A stretch of 32,000 nt of DNA from contig NZ_QEFP02000004.1 of the NCBI RefSeq assembly GCF_003086415.1, positions 30,001 through 62,000 on the forward strand, written 5' to 3'. Every line of letters starts with the position of its first letter. The first letter of the stretch is position 1. The notes beneath the pieces were generated by a model. The model was not told the origin of the DNA. It ran no database searches and was given only the letters and a program-made list of their open reading frames with translations. The DNA is from Candidatus Nanobsidianus stetteri (GTDB lineage Archaea > Nanobdellota > Nanobdellia > Nanobdellales > Nanobdellaceae). Position numbers and translations under genes: made by a program. Of the stretch, positions 25,861 through 32,000 are shown in pieces.

Positions 25861-26061
25861 TTTGATATGTATAAAACTGAAAGAATTCTAGCATCTTTAG
25901 AGGCTTACCATTACTAAAAGATATGCGTATTTTTTATCCTTAGTTTAGTCATTATTTTTATTTTAGAATATTAAAGTTACATTGAATATATTAAAATAGT
26001 TACTATTTGATGCTAAATAAAAACAATAAATTTAAAAATTTTTCTAACAATATTCTTTAGT
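25861..26061. repeat. Composite array spacer R4 (most diverged)
   Basis: The rfcL relic 'ttttatccttagtttagtcattattttta' lies at 25932-25960. The promoter block 'aatagttactatttgatg' (25995-26012) matches copy A (21995-22012). Confidence 0.7.
26009..26061 (+). promoter_or_regulatory. Conserved array promoter, copy E
   Basis: 'tgCTAAATaaaaacAATAAATttaaaaatttttctaacaatatt'. TTTAAAAA at 26031-26038 lies 31 nt before the ATG at 26062. The tail 'tttttctaacaatatt' is shared with copy B. Confidence 0.55.
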
Positions 26062-26823
26062 ATGTCAAAGACCTCCAACAATTTAAATCCAGAAGCCTAT
26101 TTTCAGATATTTAAATTATTAAGTACATTTAGTACAAGGATGTATGAGGAAGAGTTAGGAAAAGAGTTTGTAAAAGAATTTGGAGAAAAATTAATAGAAT
26201 ATGCAAAAAATTCATATGAAGAGTATCAAAAAGAGTTACAACAAGCTCATAACAAACTACCTCAAACATATAGAGAGATGCTAGATGTATTACTAAAAAA
26301 GATAGATGACTCAGTTCCATGTAAAGAAGAAAATTGTCTAAATTCATATGAATGGTCGGATATTTATCAATATATATATAAAAATCACTTTAAGGCCAAT
26401 GTAATAAGAATTATTAACAAACATCTCGAAGGATTGGATTCTGCACTACCAAATTATAATAAAGAAATTAAAAATATAAGAGATGTTTTAATAACCCTCT
26501 CAGAGACGGAGGTAAATAAAACATTGTTTGCAGCTTATATGTTAACAGAATACAATGCCTTAATCGATATCCTAAGCAATCCAGCAAACTCATCAATTAA
26601 TGATAAAATATTTAAACAGATAAAAAATTTAAAGGCATCTAATGATGTTCAAAACTATATTAATGCTATCCAAAACTATATTGAGAAACAAATGGAATGG
26701 ATTGACTTATCATATAAAAAGGCATCTGAATATATTGAAGATACTATAGAAGAGCTTTTCCACAATAATGCAGAAGGATTTGTCGTAAAAATGTTAAGTG
26801 CATTATTTAAATATATTGCTTAA
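26062..26823 (+). CDS. Array paralogue 5: helical protein of unknown function
   Basis: 253 aa and the most diverged member. Its C-terminus 'IEDTIEELFHNNAEGFVVKMLSAL' occupies the position of the family motif. It has the same promoter and 3' cassette as the others. Confidence 0.6.
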   Translation: MSKTSNNLNPEAYFQIFKLLSTFSTRMYEEELGKEFVKEFGEKLIEYAKNSYEEYQKELQQAHNKLPQTYREMLDVLLKKIDDSVPCKEENCLNSYEWSDIYQYIYKNHFKANVIRIINKHLEGLDSALPNYNKEIKNIRDVLITLSETEVNKTLFAAYMLTEYNALIDILSNPANSSINDKIFKQIKNLKASNDVQNYINAIQNYIEKQMEWIDLSYKKASEYIEDTIEELFHNNAEGFVVKMLSALFKYIA

Positions 26824-26863
26824 ATATAATAGAAATAGTTTATAAGATAAATTGGTATAAATC

Positions 26864-26869
26864 TTTTTT
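26864..26869 (+). terminator. Oligo-T terminator candidate after paralogue 5 (convergent with the 139-aa gene)
   Basis: A T6 run in 'aatcttttttatttaat', the same motif as after paralogue 1. Confidence 0.4.
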
Positions 26870-26871
26870 AT

Positions 26872-27291
26872 TTAATGACTAAATAAAGAGAAAAGTCCAC
26901 TTAATATACCACCTTTACTTTCAACTATTTGGCATGGTAAAATTGCCTCATATTGATTACCATTCACAGTATAATATACTCTTACATATGCATTTAATAT
27001 AATAATATTATTATTTACACTGCATGCATTCATAGATCCATAATTTATATTTCCTAAATTGCATGTTGAATTTTCATAGAAATTATATACTGTTACATTT
27101 TCCAAATTTTGTTTTGCAGTAATTATAACAAGGGATGTTCCATTTGCGTATTGACAACTATATGTAAAATATTCCAAATATGGAGGTAAATAAGATGTTA
27201 CATAATAAATATATATTGCATATAGAACAACCAATATAAAAGCTGCTACACCAACCCAGATTACAAATTTTGGTATCTTTGATATATCCAT
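26872..27291 (-). CDS. Small N-terminally anchored, sequon-rich protein (probably extracellular), function unknown
   Basis: 139 aa with one N-terminal TM helix ('FVIWVGVAAFILVVLYAIYIYYV'), 5 Cys, and the sequons NGT, NVT and NST. Its 3' end is the source of relics found in the array spacers. Confidence 0.5.
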   Translation of the reverse strand: MDISKIPKFVIWVGVAAFILVVLYAIYIYYVTSYLPPYLEYFTYSCQYANGTSLVIITAKQNLENVTVYNFYENSTCNLGNINYGSMNACSVNNNIIILNAYVRVYYTVNGNQYEAILPCQIVESKGGILSGLFSLFSH

Positions 27292-27295
27292 AAAA

Positions 27296-27610
27296 TTAAT
27301 TTTGATCTACATATATATAAACATAGATATATTTGTTCCCCCTGTCTTCGATCTTCATATTTTTTATAATCTCTTCATATTTTTTACTATCTATATCAAA
27401 TAGATCTGGATATTTATTTAATATATAATCCATTATCAATCTTTTTATCATAATATCCTCATTCTTATGCACATTTTCAGAATTATACTCATCTAAAATC
27501 CCTTCTATTATATATTTTGGAATCTTAAATTCATATTCAATATTATACGGCATGTAAGATTTTACTATTTTCCAAAATATAAATGATTGCTTTATATTCT
27601 TGAATTTCAA
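27296..27610 (-). CDS. Hypothetical protein
   Basis: 104-aa ORF packed tightly between neighbours, with no motif I recognise. An internal start at 'MPYNIEYEF' is possible. Confidence 0.4.
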   Translation of the reverse strand: MKFKNIKQSFIFWKIVKSYMPYNIEYEFKIPKYIIEGILDEYNSENVHKNEDIMIKRLIMDYILNKYPDLFDIDSKKYEEIIKNMKIEDRGNKYIYVYIYVDQN

Positions 27611-27626
27611 AAATGATTATCAAAAA

Positions 27627-28595
27627 TTATTTTCTACTTTGTAAACCTCTAAGTCCTATATATGCTAGCAAAGCACCTAATTGTATTATTGGATCTGAAC
27701 CCTCTAATAATCTATATTCTATCTCTCCAGCATAATATATTATATCTAATTTTTCTTTTTCTGGTATATTCATTGAATAAACTTCCTTAGATAAATATTT
27801 AATTATATCTTCTCCAGCAAGACCATATTTTATCATTAAATCAATTAATTTTTCTCTAGCCTCAACAAATTTTCCTTCATATGCCAATTTTAATACTTCT
27901 TGTAATTCCTGTGGTTTTGCTACAGAGGCAACTTCATATATTAATTCTGGAGTTATATCTTTAGAATATAAAGCCGCAGCTTGTAACATATTTATTGATT
28001 TTCTCATATCACCTTCTGAAATATAATATATTGCTTCTAATGCATCATCGGTTATATTTAAATTTTCTTTTTCAGCTATTGACCTTAATAAATCGAATAC
28101 ATCCTTTTTATCTAATTGTTTAAATCTAAATATAACAGTTCTAGATTGAATTGGTTCTATAATCTTTGATGAATAATTACATGCCAATATAAATCTTGTT
28201 ATTGAAGAATATTCTTCCATTATTCTTCTCAAAGCTTGTTGTGCGTCTCTTGTCATTGCATCTGCTTCATCCAAAAATACAATTTTAAATGGAAAATCTC
28301 CAATTGGTTTTGTTCTTGCAAATTCCTTTACCTTTTCTCTTATTACATCAATCCCTCTATCATCTGAAGCATTTAATTGTAATACATTTTGTTCCCATTT
28401 ATCCCCATACAATTCTCTTGCTAATGCTAATGCAGCAGTTGTTTTTCCAACACCCGCAGGTCCTGCAAATAATAAATGAGGCATATTTTTATTTTCTACA
28501 AATGCCTTCAATCTTTTTACTATTTCATCTTGTCCTTTTATATCATCCAATCTTTTTGGTCTATATTTTTCAGTCCATATTTCATTCTCTGGCAT
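27627..28595 (-). CDS. rfcS: Replication factor C small subunit
   Basis: 322 aa with '[13 protein letters not shown]', Walker A 'GPAGVGKTT', '[10 protein letters not shown]', Walker B 'FLDEADAMT' and 'QSRTVIFRF'. Confidence 0.95.
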   Translation of the reverse strand: MPENEIWTEKYRPKRLDDIKGQDEIVKRLKAFVENKNMPHLLFAGPAGVGKTTAALALARELYGDKWEQNVLQLNASDDRGIDVIREKVKEFARTKPIGDFPFKIVFLDEADAMTRDAQQALRRIMEEYSSITRFILACNYSSKIIEPIQSRTVIFRFKQLDKKDVFDLLRSIAEKENLNITDDALEAIYYISEGDMRKSINMLQAAALYSKDITPELIYEVASVAKPQELQEVLKLAYEGKFVEAREKLIDLMIKYGLAGEDIIKYLSKEVYSMNIPEKEKLDIIYYAGEIEYRLLEGSDPIIQLGALLAYIGLRGLQSRK

Positions 28596-28635
28596 AAATT
28601 AATAATTTAAATTAAAACTTAAATATAATGTTATT

Positions 28636-29295
28636 ATGGACTTCGAATATGTAAAACATAATGATCTAATAATATATTATAAGATTTATGATCTTGAATG
28701 TTATCCTCCAAAAGAAGATTCCTTTTTATTAAATGATCATATAAAAGAATTTGCTAGAGGTAAAAAAGTATTAGATATTGGATGTGGTTCTGGAATCCAA
28801 GGTTTAGAAGCATATAAATATACAAAAGATGTATCTTTTTCAGATATATCTGAAGAATGTTTAAAATTATCTAAAATAAACTTTTATATAAATTATATAG
28901 ATAAAAATTCTGATCTAGATTATCTATATAAAAATATAGATAAAATAAATTTACCAGTAAAATTTTATCTATCCGATTTATTTAATAATATAAATGAAAA
29001 ATTCGATCTAATATTATTTAATCCCCCATATTTACCAGAAGTAAGTTATGAAGGAATAAAGGTCAAAAGATGGGTTTCTGGAGGAAAATTTGGATATGAA
29101 ACAATAGATAGATTTTTATATCAAAGCATAACTAAATTAAATAATTTTGGAGAAATATTAATAATAATGTCTTCAATAACAAATCCCCAATATATATTAA
29201 ATAAATATTCAAAATTTTATAATTATAGAATAATAGATAACATACATTTTTTCTTTGAAGATATATATTTAATATATTTAAAGAAAAAGTTTTAA
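28636..29295 (+). CDS. HemK/Mtq2-like N5-glutamine (release factor) methyltransferase
   Basis: 219 aa with 'YPPKEDSFLL', the SAM motif 'VLDIGCGSGIQG' and the catalytic 'FNPPYLP'. Confidence 0.65.
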   Translation: MDFEYVKHNDLIIYYKIYDLECYPPKEDSFLLNDHIKEFARGKKVLDIGCGSGIQGLEAYKYTKDVSFSDISEECLKLSKINFYINYIDKNSDLDYLYKNIDKINLPVKFYLSDLFNNINEKFDLILFNPPYLPEVSYEGIKVKRWVSGGKFGYETIDRFLYQSITKLNNFGEILIIMSSITNPQYILNKYSKFYNYRIIDNIHFFFEDIYLIYLKKKF

Positions 29296-29297
29296 TT

Positions 29298-30059
29298 ATG
29301 ATAGTTGATGACCATGCCCATTTATTTTTATATAATAATGTAGATGAAAAAATAAGGGAAAATATTGAAAGAAATGTAAAATATATAATTGAAAATTCTA
29401 TAGATATTGAAAGTATAAATAAAGTAATTGAAGAATCTAAAAAGTATGATATAATATATTATGCTTTGGGATTATATCCTGAGGAAATTGAAAAAATGAA
29501 TGATAATGATATAGAAAAAATATTTGAATTTATTGAAGAAAATAAGGATAGAAAATTTTTAGCAATTGGAGAAGTTGGATTGGATTTTTCTAATATAAAT
29601 GAAGATAAAATTAGAAAACAAAAAATATATTTTGAAAAATTTTTAGAATTGGCTGATAGATTAAAAAAACCAGTAATAATTCATGCTAGAAAAGCTGAAA
29701 AGGAAGTATTAGATATATTAACAAGTTATAATAATAAAAAAGTATTACATACATTTTGGAAACCTTCTTTAGTAGATAAAGCAATTGAAATAAATTGTTA
29801 TTTATCAATACCGGCAATTGTTTATAGAGATCCTGGATTTCAAAAAATTGTAAAAGATGTACCATTAGAATTTATTTTAACCGAAACAGATTCCCCATAT
29901 TTGGATCCGATAGAAAAAGGTAAAGCAGTAAATAATTCATGGAAAATAATGTATTCCTTAGAAAAGATATCTGAAATAAAAGATATAGATAAGAAAGAGT
30001 TAGAAGAAATAATATTTAATAACTTTGTTAAAGTATATAATATAAATAATGATGAATAA
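29298..30059 (+). CDS. TatD-family metal-dependent hydrolase/DNase (second copy)
   Basis: 253 aa with 'DDHAHL', 'GEVGLDF', 'IIHARKA' and 'ETDSPYL'. Confidence 0.8.
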   Translation: MIVDDHAHLFLYNNVDEKIRENIERNVKYIIENSIDIESINKVIEESKKYDIIYYALGLYPEEIEKMNDNDIEKIFEFIEENKDRKFLAIGEVGLDFSNINEDKIRKQKIYFEKFLELADRLKKPVIIHARKAEKEVLDILTSYNNKKVLHTFWKPSLVDKAIEINCYLSIPAIVYRDPGFQKIVKDVPLEFILTETDSPYLDPIEKGKAVNNSWKIMYSLEKISEIKDIDKKELEEIIFNNFVKVYNINNDE

Positions 30060-30096
30060 ATATAGGCTGAAAAATGATGTAGAACCCGGAAACTGA
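30049..30096 (+). ncRNA. C/D-box sRNA candidate (2'-O-methylation guide)
   Basis: The layout is: C box AUGAUGA 30049-30055, 11-nt guide, D' CUGA 30067-30070, AAA loop, C' AUGAUGU 30074-30080, 12-nt guide AGAACCCGGAAA 30081-30092, D box CUGA 30093-30096. It overlaps the TatD stop codon (30057-30059). Confidence 0.6.
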
Positions 30097-30100
30097 TAAA

Positions 30101-30850
30101 ATGAAGATTATATCATGGAATGTTAATGGATTAAAATCAATAATTCAAAAAGGTTTAATTGATTTTATTAAAAAATATAATGCAGATTTTTATCTATTTC
30201 AAGAAATAAAAACAAAAGAAATACCATTAACTTTCCAATTTCTTGGATATAATGTATATTCATTTCCTGCAGAGAAAAAGGGATATAGTGGGGTACTAAC
30301 ATTATCAAAAATAAAACCAAATAATATAAAATATGGAATTGGAATTGAGAAATTTGATATTGAAGGGAGGGTTATAACAATGGAATATGATAAATTTTAT
30401 TTAATAAATGTATATTTTCCAAATGCTGGAGTTGGAACACTAAAAAGATTGGATTTTAAATTGGAATTTGATAAAGAATTTGAAAAATATGTATTATCTT
30501 TAAATAAACCATGTATAATTTGTGGGGATTTTAATGTAGCACATAAAGATATTGATATATATGATCCAATAAATTTGAAGGGCTATGCAGGATTTACAGA
30601 TGACGAAAGACGATGGTTTGATCATTTTTTATCTTTAGGATTTATTGATACATTTAGATATATAAAAGGAAATATAATAAAATATAGCTGGTTTTCATAT
30701 TCAATTATTGCAAGAAAGAAAAATGAAGGATGGAGACTTGATTATTGTGTAGTAAGTAAAGAATTAAAAGATAAAATAGTTAATGCAGATATTTTAGATA
30801 ATATATATGGATCAGATCACGTTCCAGTATTATTAGAAATAAATATATAA
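30101..30850 (+). CDS. xth: Exodeoxyribonuclease III / AP endonuclease (Xth family)
   Basis: 249 aa with 'SWNVNGLKS', 'LFQEIK', 'CGDFNVAHKDIDIYDP' and 'GSDHVPV'. Confidence 0.9.
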   Translation: MKIISWNVNGLKSIIQKGLIDFIKKYNADFYLFQEIKTKEIPLTFQFLGYNVYSFPAEKKGYSGVLTLSKIKPNNIKYGIGIEKFDIEGRVITMEYDKFYLINVYFPNAGVGTLKRLDFKLEFDKEFEKYVLSLNKPCIICGDFNVAHKDIDIYDPINLKGYAGFTDDERRWFDHFLSLGFIDTFRYIKGNIIKYSWFSYSIIARKKNEGWRLDYCVVSKELKDKIVNADILDNIYGSDHVPVLLEINI

Positions 30851-30873
30851 AAAATAAAAAACATTTTTTATTT

Positions 30874-32000
30874 ATGGGTATAACTTTGTTACCTGAAAAA
30901 CCAAAAATTGAGATAAAGAGTGAAGAATTAAGAAAAATAATAAAATACGATAACGATGGTCTACCAATATTTCCATCATTTATTAATGGAGAATGGTATT
31001 ATGGAAATGGAGAATATATAACTATTAATACACCAATAGATTTATCACCTGTTGCAAAAGTTCCAAAAGTTCAATATGAAATTGTAGAGAGAGAAATTGA
31101 TAGATTATATAATGAAAGATTTAATGCGAGAAATTATTCAGGATATTTAAGGGTTGAAAAATTATTAAAAACTGCAGAATTATTAGAAAAATATTCGGAA
31201 GACTTTGCAAATTTATTAATTATAAATGCCGGAAAAACAAGAAAACAAGCTTTGGGAGAAATAGAATCTACAATTAATAGAATAAGAAATATTGAAATTG
31301 ATTATAGAAAAATTGCTGGAGAGTATTTACCAGGTGAATTTGGTAAAGATTATTTAGAATCCGAAGGAATTATAAAAAGAGAACCTTTAGGATTAGTTTT
31401 AGCAATAGCTCCATTTAACTATCCATTATTTGACTCTGTAAATAAAATAATATTTTCACTATTACCTGGAAATGTATTAATTATTAAACCTCCATCTTTA
31501 GATCCATTACCAGTAATATTATATATTAGGTTATTAGAATTGTCAGGTTTTCCAATGAAATATATATCATTAATAACAGTACCTGGAAAAGATATGAATA
31601 AAATAACACCAAATAAAAAGATATCTTCAATAATATTTACTGGATCCACAGAAACTGGAGAAGAAATAATAAAGAATTCTGGAATTAAACAATATTTAAT
31701 GGAATTGGGTGGAGGAGCTCCTGCATTTGTATTAAATGATGTTGATATAAATGATACAGCAAAAAGGGTTGCATCTGGTATTACATCATATTCTGGACAA
31801 AGATGTGATTCTATAAAAATAATATTTGTAGAAAAAGAAATATATGATAAATTTAAAGAAAAATTAATAGAAGAAATTTCAAAGGTAAAAATAGGAGATC
31901 CTAGAGATGATAATACAACATTTGGACCGATTGCAGATCCTAAGACTGTAGATGAATTTGTATATTCTATAGAAGATGCAAAACAAAAGGGAGGAAGAAT
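30874..32000 (+). CDS. Aldehyde dehydrogenase family protein, GAPN-like (non-phosphorylating glyceraldehyde-3-phosphate dehydrogenase?), 3'-truncated by the window edge
   Basis: Translated by hand from ATG 30874, because the frame stays open to the window end and is not in the ORF track. It contains 'APFNYPL', 'FTGSTETG', 'MELGGGAP' and the catalytic 'GQRCDS'. The ALDH family call is firm; the GAPN subtype is a guess. Confidence 0.8.
   Translation, partial: MGITLLPEKPKIEIKSEELRKIIKYDNDGLPIFPSFINGEWYYGNGEYITINTPIDLSPVAKVPKVQYEIVEREIDRLYNERFNARNYSGYLRVEKLLKTAELLEKYSEDFANLLIINAGKTRKQALGEIESTINRIRNIEIDYRKIAGEYLPGEFGKDYLESEGIIKREPLGLVLAIAPFNYPLFDSVNKIIFSLLPGNVLIIKPPSLDPLPVILYIRLLELSGFPMKYISLITVPGKDMNKITPNKKISSIIFTGSTETGEEIIKNSGIKQYLMELGGGAPAFVLNDVDINDTAKRVASGITSYSGQRCDSIKIIFVEKEIYDKFKEKLIEEISKVKIGDPRDDNTTFGPIADPKTVDEFVYSIEDAKQKGGR

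Noticed and set aside
21947-26871. The regularly spaced conserved repeats, considered as a CRISPR array or as a mobile element or provirus.
   Set aside because: The repeats are 200-250 bp composite spacers, not 25-40 bp. The intervening units are 0.5-1.2 kb protein-coding genes. No cas, integrase, transposase, terminal inverted repeat or att-like tRNA flank is visible.
28289-28597. 102-aa + strand ORF antisense to rfcS, and a 76-aa minus-strand ORF at 31419-31649 antisense to the ALDH gene.
   Set aside because: Both lie inside strongly supported conserved genes on the other strand and have no motifs.
1-32000. Search by eye for tRNA, split-tRNA halves, rRNA or other GC-rich structured RNA islands in the intergenic spacers.
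   Set aside because: No intergenic segment other than the C/D sRNA guide at 30081-30092 stands out as GC-rich or shows cloverleaf-like complementarity. A tRNAscan/Infernal run would be needed to be certain.

Overview
This is a very AT-rich, extremely gene-dense archaeal window. Gaps between genes are tiny or the genes overlap, and many proteins are shorter than their usual orthologues. By inference from gene content and composition it best fits a reduced-genome DPANN/Nanoarchaeota-like symbiont; no database search was possible. Recognisable genes fall into these groups:
- Replication and repair: RFC large and small subunits, RadB, an Nre-like protein, exonuclease III, two TatD nucleases.
- Translation: uL4-uL23-uL2-uS2, aRF1, CCA-adding enzyme, a GatE fragment, a Dph2 fragment, an Mtq2-like methyltransferase, a RIO kinase, PUA-type proteins.
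- Transcription: TFE-alpha.
- Other: a HIT hydrolase, and a partial GAPN-like aldehyde dehydrogenase at the 3' edge.
- Type IV pilus/archaellum-like module: an oversized FlaI/VirB11-family ATPase with an adjacent FlaJ/TadC-like membrane protein, plus a second solitary FlaJ-like gene.

The stand-out region is 21.9-26.9 kb. It holds five same-strand genes (six modules, because one gene is an internal duplication) for highly diverged, apparently helical paralogues with no domain I recognise. Each gene has its own conserved promoter cassette and T-rich 3' cassette.

The conserved spacers between these genes are chimeras. They combine the first codons plus upstream region of rfcL with the last codons of the 139-aa membrane-protein gene. 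These are the two genes that border the array, which exposes the tandem-duplication unit. The array sits between rfcL and rfcS.

Other notable items:
- A textbook C/D-box sRNA architecture overlapping a TatD stop codon.
- Two N-terminally truncated or split housekeeping genes (GatE, Dph2).
- A pair of Q/N/P-rich low-complexity proteins.

I found no tRNA, rRNA, CRISPR array, transposase or integrase.
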